A stretch of DNA of 63,968 nt, the filler included, from Conidiobolus incongruus B7586 (Eukaryota), in NCBI GenBank assembly GCA_000697335.1. It is 15 parts of 15 records of this genome, joined end to end, with 100 filler letters (N's around TTAATTAATTAA, not from the genome) between each part and the next. Parts side by side here need not be neighbours in the genome. Positions count along the whole stretch, not along the records: positions 49,417 to 53,319 come from JNEM01000885.1; positions 53,420 to 57,302 come from JNEM01000886.1; positions 57,403 to 61,271 come from JNEM01000887.1; positions 61,372 to 63,968 come from JNEM01000911.1; 11 more parts are not named here. One strand, given 5' to 3'. Position numbers and translations under genes: made by a program. This document shows, piece after piece, positions 52,041 to 63,968 of the stretch. The notes beneath the pieces are model-generated. The model ran no database searches, had not been told where the DNA came from, and saw nothing but the letters and a program-made list of their open reading frames with translations. The stretch's first letter is position 1. Every line of letters starts with the position of its first letter.

Positions 52041-54951
52041 AAAATTTTTTAACAACAGCTATTCAATTGTCGACGTTTTAATACATATAATATTAGAATG
52101 AATATAAATGTAACTATCTTTTAGTTCCATATTGGAGAAAACTTATAGCAATTTTTCAATTCCTTATTTTCTCTCTATGGCAACAACATAATATGAAAGG
52201 AAACTTTGTTGGGTTGATTTTTCCTTTATTTATAAACAATTCAAAATAAGAATTAAAAAAATAAATTCAATATAGGGAGACTAGAAATATCATTGTATTT
52301 TATTATATATATTGAATTTATATATAATGACGACCGTAATTGTGGGAGGAAATAGACTTTTAGAGCTTAAACGGGGAATCTCCAGTGGTAAACGATAAGT
52401 TACCACAGAATTAAGAGAAATTGATGGGTTTCAACAAATGAGGTGAAAATAGCTTACTGTAAATTCGGTTCTTAGTATATAGTAAATATCTCATGCTCAT
52501 CATGACTCAATATTTTTTTGAGTATTACAATAAAAACTTAGAGAATGGATACTTTTGGAATGAGGATATAAGAGATCTGTTTATTAGTCCATTATTGATA
52601 AACTTATATTATCTTTCATTGTTGATTTTTATGAATAGGAATAACTCAGTGACAGAAAGAAATATAACCACCCAATTCAGAGAATTGGTGTTCTCCAATG
52701 TGACTTCTCAATTTAGTGTAATAATCATAATTTCTTGAATAATTGAAAAGATTATTTCTTATCAAATATATAAAATAGTTTATATTTATTTAAAATAAAT
52801 TTAAGTTTTTATAATATTTGTTCAATGTGATCAAAATATATATTTCAAAATTTTGAAATTTAATTTCATTTAAAACTATATTTCTAATGAATATATTTTA
52901 ATTAAAATTGATTTCAATGTAAAATTTTAAAGTTTAAATAAACAATATTTAAATATATTAAATTTTAAAGGATACTTATTTAAATATAGTTTATCAATGT
53001 AAAATATCACTCAATATCAAAATAATACTAATATATTACACTTTTACTCTAAAAATTCATTTATATGATAATATAATTTATATATTCATAACTTAAGCAA
53101 ATTTCTTTCTATTTATGAACTTGGTTTAATTATTATATAGCTTATTATTCAATTTAATGAATTAGATATACTTATAACGTAAATTATAATATTGTTTTTA
53201 TTTTAATATTTATTTTTATATTATCTATATATTAAATATTAAATATTATTATAAATATTTTTAATATTAATATTAAATATATTTTTAAAAATAATATATT
53301 TTAAGAATTATATTAAATANNNNNNNNNNNNNNNNNNNNNNNNNNNNNNNNNNNNNNNNNNNNTTAATTAATTAANNNNNNNNNNNNNNNNNNNNNNNNN
53401 NNNNNNNNNNNNNNNNNNNAGTATTTTAAAAATAAAGTTATATAAATTAATATTTATACTATTTAGATAATAAATTTTAAAAAATAATAATAGTATTATT
53501 AATATATATTATATTCCTAATTCTTTAATTTTACGATATAAGAGTATTATAATGTTTAATATATATTACAAATAATTTAAATTAATTCCTTTATCAAAAT
53601 TCGGCTGATATATTAAAATTCCAAAAACTAAAGTTAAAAATAGTCAAATCAAACTATCAATATTTATATTTATATTTGACAACACAAAATTATATTATCC
53701 AATCAAATATGGTGATTTATTAATATATAATTTTAAAATCAAATTTTTAAAATTGCTTAAAATTTTTTTAACTACCTATTAATTTATAAATTATATTCTT
53801 TTTATATATTACAATTATAAACGATAAAAATTTTTTTCAACCTTTAAGAGAATTATATTATTTCTAATACCAATATTATATTTAATATAACTTGAAGTTT
53901 CGATATTTATTTTATTAAAAATAATATGAACTAATTATTAGATTTTAGAAAATAAATAAATAATAATAATATACTATTCTTATTAGAATAACATTGTTTA
54001 ATTGTAAAAATTATCTCTTAATTTTGTAATATTATCACCAAATTCTAATAATAATTATTGATACAATATTAAGAATATCCTTAAATAGCCACCTTGCCTC
54101 ACATTCTGTATTTTCGCAAAGTTGACATTTTTATTTTTCTAATTTCACAAGGCAAGGTTTAAATAGCAATTATATAAATTGTTAAATTTGAGAGATCATG
54201 ATATTTGAAATAATTTTGAATTTTTTGAAATTAAATGAAAATGCATATTATGTAACATTCTTTTGCTTTTATGGCAATATAATGATTGTAATTAATATGT
54301 TACGAATATTGTCTCATGATATATCAACATTATTTGTTTATACATTCTTATCATTCCTTATGATTCTGGAAATTAAAACTTAAAAAATTTAATGAAAATA
54401 TTTATTTGATATTAATAAATATAAACTTACATATATCTTTAAAATTAAAATAATCTATCATAATATTCTTAGACTTTATATCCGATAAATTCTATTTAAT
54501 TATTTAATCGGAGCTATATATTGAAATAATAATAAAATTTGTATGATAAAAGAACCAATTTTGATTGTTATATCATATAACTTTAAAAATGAATATCAAA
54601 ATATTAAAAGTTTAAAGATTAAAAGATTAAAAAATTCCAAACAAATTCTTAAGAATTTTCAATTAGGTTAATTAAAGTAAAAAATTGGATCATTTTAATC
54701 TTATATAATAAATTCATTTTTTTCTGGATATAAATCTCGTGCTGGTTAATGGCTAAGTGATTATCAAGTTTAATAATTAATATTTGAATTTCGGATGAAA
54801 AATTGGGTCATGAAGTGGATTCAAATACTTAGGTTTTGTGTAATGTCGATTGATTGTTAAAATATGTGATAACAAAGTAAACCAATATAAATATGTATCA
54901 AAAGTGCTTAATTAAAAATATTATATTATAGTTCTAATTTAATATTATTTA

Positions 54952-55719
54952 ATGAGTTCTGATTTTTCTATTAGGGATCCTATCACTGATCAAATAGTGC
55001 CTCAAGCACGTATCGTGAATGGCTACGAAGTTCAACCCCCTTTCAAATACTCCAACACTTTTGTAGATATCCAACGATTCGACCGCCACGCTTGCGGTGG
55101 TGTACTCTTTGATCAGAATACAGTGATTACAGCTGCTCACTGCAGTTTAACTCCAAAGGATTATGATTCCGTCGTAGTACATCGTCACGATCAGCTCAAA
55201 ACTACCGAGGAAGAAAAGGGTACCTCTTATAAGGTTGTTAAGAAGATCATTCATCCTAGATTTGTCAGATCGACTTTCGAAAATGATTTGGCTATTTGGA
55301 AAATTGAAGGCAAGACAAATTTCAAACCCAAACTCAAATTGGACGATGGTAAGTATGGCAACCAGACTGACAAGTTACTCCAAGTAATTGGATGGGGAAG
55401 AACCGAGTATAAAGGCTACGCCTCCCCTGTACTCTTGGAAACGAAACTTCCAGTTTACGATAACGCCGAATGCGTTGCCAATTATAAGAAATTTAACGAT
55501 ACTATTAATCCAGAATATAAATTGTGTGCTGGTTTTCCTGAAGGTGGCACCGATGCTTGTCAAGGGGACAGCGGTGGTCCACTCTTCGCTATGGAAGGCG
55601 ACCGAATGGTTTTGGTCGGTATCACAAGTTATGGTATTGGCTGTGCTAGACCAAGTCTTCCCGGAACTTATACTCGTATTTCGAGACATAGACATTGGAT
55701 TTTGGCCAACGTTAAATGA
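54952..55719 (+). CDS. Trypsin-like serine protease (family S1A), 255 aa
   Basis: Activation site R|IVNG, CGG, TAAHC (His), ENDLA (Asp) and DACQGDSGGP (Ser, with Asp189 trypsin pocket). Six Cys for the three canonical disulfides. The 5' end is uncertain because there is no signal peptide. Confidence 0.95.
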   Translation: MSSDFSIRDPITDQIVPQARIVNGYEVQPPFKYSNTFVDIQRFDRHACGGVLFDQNTVITAAHCSLTPKDYDSVVVHRHDQLKTTEEEKGTSYKVVKKIIHPRFVRSTFENDLAIWKIEGKTNFKPKLKLDDGKYGNQTDKLLQVIGWGRTEYKGYASPVLLETKLPVYDNAECVANYKKFNDTINPEYKLCAGFPEGGTDACQGDSGGPLFAMEGDRMVLVGITSYGIGCARPSLPGTYTRISRHRHWILANVK

Positions 55720-58648
55720 GTATAATATATATTTATTTTAAATATCAATTAATAAATTGATTAACATTTTAATATCACAATACTGGTTTAAACAATATAC
55801 AAAATTTCAAAATATTAATAAAATGTATTTTATATATTGAATGATTATATCTTGAAGTAACATTAAATATTGTACTAGATCATAATATAATTTAATATAT
55901 AGAATTTGTTGGTCAGTTTTAAAGTGAAATTTTATTTCAAACATTATTCTTATTATTCGATATATTCAATTCAAAATTTTGATATAAGTGATAGTATTGT
56001 TTTTTAGTATTATTTTAAAATAGTCAATAGAGTTTCCTTATATTTAATTTATTATTATAAATCTAACTTTTCGCTAATCTGAAATTTTATTGATAATATC
56101 AATATATCGGTTATTATGAATTAATTTTTGGATATTATTATTCTAAAAAATTAACAATGCTATTTTTTTAATTACCAATTAATAAAAATATAAAGAATTG
56201 AAGTTGAATTTAATTATAATTAATTGGAGAATTTATAGCAGTGAAATATATTGTTTATAATATATTTATAATATACTCATTGATTTTTAATTATTATTTA
56301 TTTAAAAACCTTTATTTAAAAATATAATACCAAATATAAATATATTTTAATTAAGTTATATCTTTCAAAGTTTATTTACTTCAATATTATTATAGTTTAA
56401 TTATAAATCCTTCAAAATCCTTCAAAAATTACAAACAATTTTTGGAGATAATACATTATCCAAAAGTATCATTTTTCCCTGAGTTTACTATTTTAATGGT
56501 TAAAATTATATTATTCAGAAATTGTTATAATATAATTATTAATATAATTAGCTAAACCAAAATAATATCTTTTAAATATTTAATGAATAATTATTATAAC
56601 TATAAATATATATATTTGTTATTTAAATTAATTATATTTATATATGGTTCTTTTATTAAAGTTTTTAAATATAAAAAAATTAATAAAATATTAACCAAAT
56701 TAAACTATTATATAAATTAAAGATATTAAATATTATATATAATTATTTTATAATATTTAAAATAAAATTAACCAAAATATATTAAATATTATTATCAAAA
56801 TAATATAATATTAAATATTTTTATTATAATATAGCTTGTTAGATAATTGATAATTTAATAATTAAAAACTATATTTAAAATATAACCAATTATAATCAAA
56901 TATCTATCTTGATTTATAAAATAATATATTTCAGTTTTAAATAAAAATATCAATCCTTAAGATTTTAAGATTCAACCAGAAAATAACACAAATTATAAAT
57001 AATAGATAAATATATATAATTTTTACTCTATATTTTATTATTTTTTCTAAATTAAGATTTAATATTATATATAAATTAAATACTAAACATATACAACTAT
57101 TTTATTTTAATATAATATTTTGGTTTATTTAAACTAATATTTAGCTCTTAAACGCTTGAGTATAATTTTTAATAAAAATAACTAATCTTGAATATATATT
57201 TTATATTTTATTTAAAAGATATTATAATTGGGCAATATATGATATATTAAAGAAAATGATATTTAATTATATTAATATTAAAAATATTTAATAATGACAA
57301 ATNNNNNNNNNNNNNNNNNNNNNNNNNNNNNNNNNNNNNNNNNNNNTTAATTAATTAANNNNNNNNNNNNNNNNNNNNNNNNNNNNNNNNNNNNNNNNNN
57401 NNATATATATATTGAATGTATTATATTATATATCCAAAATTTGATATTATAATGGATATTTAGATAAAATGACTATTTCAATATATTCATATAATATAAT
57501 ATAATATAAATATAAAAATTTAAATTATTAAATTAATTCAATATCTAACTGATTAATTATTGAACATTTTGCATATATATCTATATATTTACAATATTTA
57601 ATTTTATAATTTAAATAATGGAATTATAAGTCCCTTTAATTTGTATACTATTAAATGTGAAAACTCCACTCTATTTAGTATTATTTAAAAAGTTTATATT
57701 TTTCATCTGATAAAATAGCATCTGATAAATGTTAGAGTAAGATATTAAAATAATTCTACTCATCCTGTTAATGAACTTATCAGTAATATTTTGGATTCAA
57801 AATATTAACCTTATCTATAGATTTTCCTAAAGAGTTGCCGATAATAGCTGCTAAATATGTATTCTAAATTCCTAAATCAATGAGTATTTTCTTGATCACA
57901 AATTCTTTTATATTAAAAATGTATATTGTGATAGCCACGAAATCTCCTAAATATTGATATTTTAACATTAATAGTTTTGAATGTATGAAATGTAAAAAAA
58001 ATCGAGTTAAAATTTAATTAAATATGAAGATGTATAAATTTAATAAAATTTCAACAAAGATGATCTTATTCCTGACAGATATTGGCTAAATTTGTAATTT
58101 TATTATAACGTTTGATAAAATTAATTTGATAAGGTTATTGTATTTGAATTGCTATTATAGGTAGTTTAAATTTTGTTGGAAGTGATAGTGAAGCTTTAAA
58201 AAATCAATATTAATTATTTTATGATAAATGTAATTATTGCGCTGAATCTTTAGACAAGCTCTAGTATTTAGTTTGAACAGTGATTTAAAAATGTGAAGTA
58301 TTTCGTAAACAATTGTTTCAAATAAGCACTAATATATTTTACCTACTACAGTGCAATAGACTATATTTTGTTTGGTTAAATTTAATTATTAATATAAAAT
58401 TGTGATAAAAAAATCATTAATAAATATAAATAACTTTATTTTTGCAGTCATCACTATCTGGATAATTATTTGATATTATTGCAATTTTAATTACTTTTCA
58501 TAATTTTCGAAATAATCCAAAATGTGCTAAATATAAATAAACCATGAGCATTAATCTCAATATTACTAAGTGAAATTATTAGTTATTGTTAAATATTGTT
58601 TTAATATCAGGGTACATTGGTCTTTATTTTATTAATAAGACCACTTTT

Positions 58649-59305
58649 TTAATAAATACTGAATAAGATGGAGTGGAGAATATCACTGATCCAGGAATCT
58701 TTGAACTCGTCCAATGATGTTTCTATGAGCGAGACAGGTGTTTCTGATCTTGCTGAATCCAGATATTTGCTCTGAAAAACGCTTGATTCTTCTATGAGAG
58801 AGTTGAGTAGTTCGGCTGTAGTCTCTGTATCGACTGCCTGTATTGATGTAGGAAGGTTTCTAAGACTAACAGTGTTTTTAGGAGGAGCAAGGACGCAAAG
58901 AATATTATTGTTTGTATGATCTTTATCACATATACAGTCCAAAGTGATCCAAGTCGTTTCAAGATTGCTACTCTTGGGTAGGATGGCCTCTGATGACCAC
59001 CTGATTGTAAACTTTACAAATGTATCGTCAATGCCTGCTCTTTCAAGATAGTGACAAAAGCTAGATATGTCATCTGAATGAATGTACCTAAAGCATGGAT
59101 GATGTATGATGTTTTGGTAGTGGTGAGATCTGAGTTTTGAATTCGGCGTTAGGACTTTTATTTTAGTGATAATACCAAATGGTGATATATAGAATCCAAG
59201 GGTAGGGATGGTAGATCTGCCCTTTTTATAACATGAAGCTGCAAGTGATACTTGAGATTGGCTTTTATGTAAAGGTATACTGTGTTCCCTTGATATAGCG
59301 AGCAT
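58649..59305 (-). CDS. PAS-fold-like domain protein (218 aa)
   Basis: Intact GC-elevated ORF. GFYISPFGII...CFRYIHSDD..SF...L...VKFTIRW...WITL...ILCVL follows the PAS strand/helix pattern, including an IHxDD motif. Confidence 0.7.
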   Translation of the reverse strand: MLAISREHSIPLHKSQSQVSLAASCYKKGRSTIPTLGFYISPFGIITKIKVLTPNSKLRSHHYQNIIHHPCFRYIHSDDISSFCHYLERAGIDDTFVKFTIRWSSEAILPKSSNLETTWITLDCICDKDHTNNNILCVLAPPKNTVSLRNLPTSIQAVDTETTAELLNSLIEESSVFQSKYLDSARSETPVSLIETSLDEFKDSWISDILHSILFSIY

Positions 59306-59534
59306 TTGTATTATTTAAGATGAATTGATATTTTGTTAAAATAAAATGAAACTATGAGCAAAATTCTTCCTTAAATACCTTAAAACATTGCGTTATTTGG
59401 AAAAATTAGAGAATTCTAACTTTTGTGATAAGTTTTGTACAACAATATTATCTTTATTTTAATTCCAAATGGTATAATTTCTTATAGAACTATTTAATAA
59501 TCTGTTTTATGTGATGAATCAATACAGCAAAGAG

Positions 59535-59973
59535 CCAATCAAGTGAATGGATGAATTTTGGAGTTTTGAGAGTGATCCATTTGGGGCATAATAATTACTT
59601 TTGATAATGTTGAACTAAAGTAATTATTGGTAATAACTCCTAACTGATTATAATTGATGGTGGTTTTATTCGATAAATAAGTTATTCATAACAAAAAAAT
59701 CATTTAGACTTGAATTGATTTTTGGTAATTCCTGAATAATTACACTCAAAATGATTACTATGAAGAAACGAAGCAACAGGACCAACGTTAGAAATTGCCA
59801 TTTAGGGTTCTGATGGTGACATAATTATATAAAATTTGCAATGTTGTGCAAAGTGAATTGAAAATTTAATTACCTAGTTGAAAATGAGGATTTGTGATTG
59901 GTGGTTCAAAGTAAAATGATATTTTTAAGGTGAAAAGAGTCTCTATGGTTGGGTGGTGGTTTTGATCCAATCA
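59535..59973. promoter_or_regulatory. Cluster of three CCAATCA boxes upstream of the PAS-like gene
   Basis: CCAATCA at 59535-59541, TGATTGG at 59895-59901 and CCAATCA at 59967-59973, within a GC-elevated non-coding stretch. Confidence 0.4.
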
Positions 59974-62814
59974 ATTTATGCAGTTTTGTTCTGAAAATTT
60001 TAAACACAATATATTTCATTATTTGTGGCGGAGTAAACTGATATATCAAAGTGATTAATGTATTTTGTTTCAATGATATGATATATAATAATGGATATTC
60101 GGGAAATTGCAGATCATGGGCGAGTACTACTTTATAGTAAGTAGAATATTATAAATTTAATAATTCATGTCTTAATAAATTTATTTAATAATTTAAACAA
60201 TATAGAATACTATTGATTACAGTCGGCGTTTTAATAACAATTGATATTAGAACTAGTATTAAAAATAAGTGATAAATATTAATTAATTAATTAAATAATC
60301 GAAATTAGCTGAATATTAACCGAATAAATTATTTAATAGATTAGATATATTAAATATTATACTAGTTCTTGAGCAATCATTGAGCAATGAGTTATAATTA
60401 ATGCTTTTTTGTGGTTCATGTGCTAACCATTCAATAAATCTCAAGTATTCAAAATATTATATACATCATTTTTGTCTGATTTTCCAGCGAAAGGTTATTA
60501 ATCAAATAATTGTTAACTCATTTAATTTTTATCAAATATTCTAGTGTAAAATTTTTAAAATGAGCATAAAATATTAGCATGCAAGCTATTACTAAATTAA
60601 CAACATAAATGGATGAAATTATGCAAGCTCAAATAATCAAAACAATATTGAATTTAAGGTTATATAATTAATAATAATTTGTAAGTAATACTTGTAAAGC
60701 CTTAATCATTGAAAATTCCTTTTTTATATATGTCATAATTATTAATATTTAAATCAATCATCAGAGTATACAAAAAATATTGAACTCAATCAATATTATA
60801 TATAATTAACCAATATAATTATTAATTATATTGAATGATGAAATGATTATTAATCAAGATAAAACATGTTACTTAATATATTTTTTTTATTTTTAAAATA
60901 ACAATTTAATTCTACCTAATAGTCATAATATATATATATATATATATAATCACTATATAAAGCCAAAATTAATGGAATAAAAAAATGAATCGCAATACAT
61001 TATTAAAATTATATTTATCCAAATAATTGGTTTATTAATCAATTAATTAGACTTTATTAAAAAATTGAAAAAATAAGAGCTTTGCTAATTTTTAATTTTT
61101 TAAATATGTTATTATTTTCAAAATATATATATATATATTAAATAAAAAAATAAAAATATAATACTATATTTATAAAATACTTTTATTTAAAAATAATTAA
61201 TATTTAAAAAATTATTATATAATTTAAATATTTTTAAATTAAAAAATAACCACCAAAAGCTTTTTATTTTANNNNNNNNNNNNNNNNNNNNNNNNNNNNN
61301 NNNNNNNNNNNNNNNTTAATTAATTAANNNNNNNNNNNNNNNNNNNNNNNNNNNNNNNNNNNNNNNNNNNNTATAATTTAATTAAATATTTAAAATAACT
61401 AAAGAAATAATAATTAATTAAAATATATGAAAATATAATCAAAAACTTGCTATTTTACAATTAATTAACATATTGAATAGATTATTTTTATATATATAAA
61501 TCTTTATTAAATTAAAGGAATAAATACTAGGTTTAGTTAAAATAATCCTTTTTAAAATTCTAATAATTTAATATTTTATTTATAAATAAATTTTGATAAA
61601 ATAATATAATATATTTAATATATATTATTTAAGTTTATTTTTAATATAGGAATTAATTAAAAGAAAGTTGGATATTTGTATTTTAAATGAAATTACTTTT
61701 AATTAATAATTTTAATAAAATTGAAAAATATTTAATATTATTTTATCAATATATAATATATAAATATATAAAAAATTTTCTAATGAAAACTAATTCAAAA
61801 AACTACCTAATTTATTATAGTCATTATATTATAACATAAATGATTATAGTTCCCTTAACTATGATTAAAAAAATTATCGTATAAGGAAGAAAATTTTTGT
61901 ATAAAAATTTAATTAATTCAAATAATAGTAAATTTCAATTTTTTATAAAAAGAACAATTTTTAAGTATTAGAATTTTTTTAAAAGTATCACAAGAAGTTA
62001 CTAATATTGAAAGAGAGTATTGATTTTATATTATATATATTTTGATAAGTCATATATTAATATCTTAATTTATTTTCAATTTCAAAAAATCATTATTATT
62101 AAAAAGATAAAGTAATTATTAATTATAAAATCATTATTTCATTTCAAATATATTGAACTTGAAACAATGAATAATATAATATTATTTAAAATATTTTTGG
62201 ATATTTAGAAATAGAGTATATATATTATTTAGTTAATAAAAGGTATTATTTACAGAATTATTTTTAATATATAAGTAACTTAGCTTTGAGATTATTTCAA
62301 ATCATATATTAAAGAAAGGAAAATTTCAAGTTTATAGTTTCAAATTATTAAATATAAAAAAATAGAAATTTCAGATATTCCAATCATTTCGTAAATAATC
62401 GAATAATTATTAAGAATATCTAATTGATATCCCAATATATAATTTATTAATTTTAATTTAGACTATCAAATTGTTTAATTATAAATTTACCACATTTCCA
62501 TCAATTAAAAAGTTAACAATCAAGGATTGAATAAAAGAAGTTAATATTGCTGAATTCTCAAGTTGGATCTCTACATTTTCAATAAGGAGTTAATAAGAAA
62601 AATTTTTATAATGCATAGTTAATATCCAATGTGTATTTTGATAAAAAATCTTTTTATATCTTCTAATATAGCCGTATTTAATAATATACTGAAATAGATT
62701 AATAGTTCAAGAATTTCATTAAATATTCTTGCAAAGTTAAGAAGAAAAATTTTAATATATATATTGAAATAGATTAGTTAGTAATTATTGAAAGTTTAAT
62801 TGTTTTTATTTAAT

Positions 62815-63349
62815 ATAAAATTAGTCTATGCTCTCATTCTTGCTATTGGTGTCTCTACCAAAGGTGTTAAGGTCTTCTATGATGATGAGCCATTTAATGA
62901 TGTTGTAGCTAAAGTTAACATATGTTGCTCAATTTCTGGCCAATTTATTAACAAGGTTGAAGTTCTTGCGGATTTCATTGTTAACTTCTACGACACTAAA
63001 TTTCATTAAGATAAAGAATTAGGACTTAGATATCTTGACATATTTGTACATCTGAATAATAATGGCTTTACCATCTGGTCTCTCATTATGGTACCAAATC
63101 AAAGCGTCTCTCATACTTAAAAACACCGCCGTAGAGCTGAATGGGATCACCACTCACATTCACATCATCACCATAGAGCTGAATCCAATCAAGGCTTTGA
63201 AAGCAAAAATGTTGAAGTTCTCATATAAGCAAGTGGTTTGGCTTGTATCAATTCCAGATTTGAATCAAATTGACCGATTGTCAGGCTAATCTCTTGGTTT
63301 TACTCCTTATCCTTCTGATTCTTTTGCTCGACATTTAGATGATAATTAA
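62815..63349 (+). pseudogene. Decayed secreted protein gene with His-rich/dibasic repeat
   Basis: One frame reads (ATA)KLVYALILAIGVST (signal-like, ATG lost), a small beta-rich domain, then KHRRRAEWDHHSHSHHHHRAE. In-frame TAA at 63007, 63118 and 63226 and a later frameshift. C-ending codons resemble those of well-expressed genes. Confidence 0.65.
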
Positions 63350-63968
63350 AAGTATATATTGCAATTCTGATAATTAACTTTATATTTAATAAATATAGAA
63401 TATATTACCAAAAAAATTTTAATTTTCAATTTTAAAAATGAAAAATTAATAATATTATTTCCTTCAAATTATATAAACTTATTAAGTTTATTAGTAATTA
63501 TATATTGATTTTATTTTCTATTAATCAATAATAGAACTATTGATTATAATATTATATACAAACTCCTGGTTTAAAAATGCAAAGTAATTCCAATTCAACA
63601 GATTAGTTTAAAATACTCAAAATAGATAAATGAAAATTATAATTAATATATGATAGTTTGATATTCAAAGTATATCATTAATATAATTATATAGTTAAAT
63701 AAAATAATTACTAATTTTGAAATTTCTAAATCTTAAATTTATGTATTACTCAAATTTTCAATAGTATTATTATTTTACTTTATTAAAAATTATGTATTAT
63801 ATGTAAAGTATAATGATAAAATAATTTTATATATTAATATTAATTCTAATATAATTAGTATTTTAATTTCTTATATCTTGTCATATTAATCAAATCCAAA
63901 ACTTAATCTTTAAAAAGATTTTTAATATATTGAAGTTTATATTCATTTATAATGAAATTATTAAATAT

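Noticed and set aside
54198..54383. 61-aa hydrophobic ORF upstream of the trypsin
   Set aside because: AT-driven hydrophobicity; no supportable splice path to the trypsin and no motif.
3065..55741. Overlapping alternative-frame or antisense ORFs (3065, 17088, 17186, 19937, 19965, 19990, 30563, 31058, 41559, 41577, 46545, 51561, 54949, 55375, 55388)
   Set aside because: Shadows of real genes or pseudogenes caused by locally higher GC; no recognisable motifs and mostly non-ATG starts.
58618..58643. Hairpin TGGTCTTTATT/AATAAGACCA just after the PAS-like stop codon, resembling a terminator
   Set aside because: Short, AT-rich and bulged. Intrinsic terminators do not apply to a eukaryotic Pol II gene, and chance occurrence is likely.
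16166..59305. Apparent light-sensing cluster (opsin-like GPCR + CRAL-TRIO retinoid carrier + PAS protein)
   Set aside because: The genes are on different contigs joined artificially by size. The CRAL-TRIO protein is Csr1/Sfh2-like rather than CRALBP-like, and the PAS protein lacks the LOV motif.
3718..61371. Regularly spaced TTAATTAATTAA palindromes as a CRISPR-like or biological repeat
   Set aside because: Always centred in exactly 44+44 N; this is a six-frame-stop assembly linker.
62800..63289. TAA-to-Gln genetic code reassignment explaining in-frame TAA stops; track ORFs 62800 and 63062 as separate genes
   Set aside because: Intact genes here end normally at TAA (e.g. 3363, 17355, 31481) and have no internal TAA. 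The region also has a frameshift and a lost ATG, so it is a pseudogene.

Overview
This is very AT-rich eukaryotic DNA and not one locus. It is 15 pieces joined by 14 identical artificial 100-nt linkers (N44-TTAATTAATTAA-N44), and the 13 complete pieces shrink steadily from 5115 to 3869 nt, so genes on different pieces are not neighbours. Short GT-AG introns and the gene set suggest an early-diverging fungus, most like Entomophthoromycotina (Conidiobolus/Neoconidiobolus-type); this is an inference. Intact genes: three intronless rhodopsin-like (class A-type) 7TM receptors, a Csr1/Sfh2-like CRAL-TRIO protein (2 exons), pyridoxal kinase (6 exons), a trypsin, a Cys-rich GPI-anchored protein, a Trp-rich secreted protein, two tandem small PY-motif membrane proteins, a PAS-like protein, a Ser-rich hypothetical protein and a stand-alone DD39D-mariner-type DNA-binding domain. 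There are also several decayed pseudogenes (F-box/LRR, kelch-TM, secreted) and a dispersed AT-rich repeat. The most striking signal is the receptor at 41549-42463(-). It has Lys at the opsin Schiff-base position 7.43 and Asp at the counter-ion position 3.28 (CNLDG versus bovine rhodopsin CNLEG), making it a candidate fungal animal-type opsin. Its two relatives carry His and Arg at 7.43. No rRNA, convincing tRNA or CRISPR array was seen.
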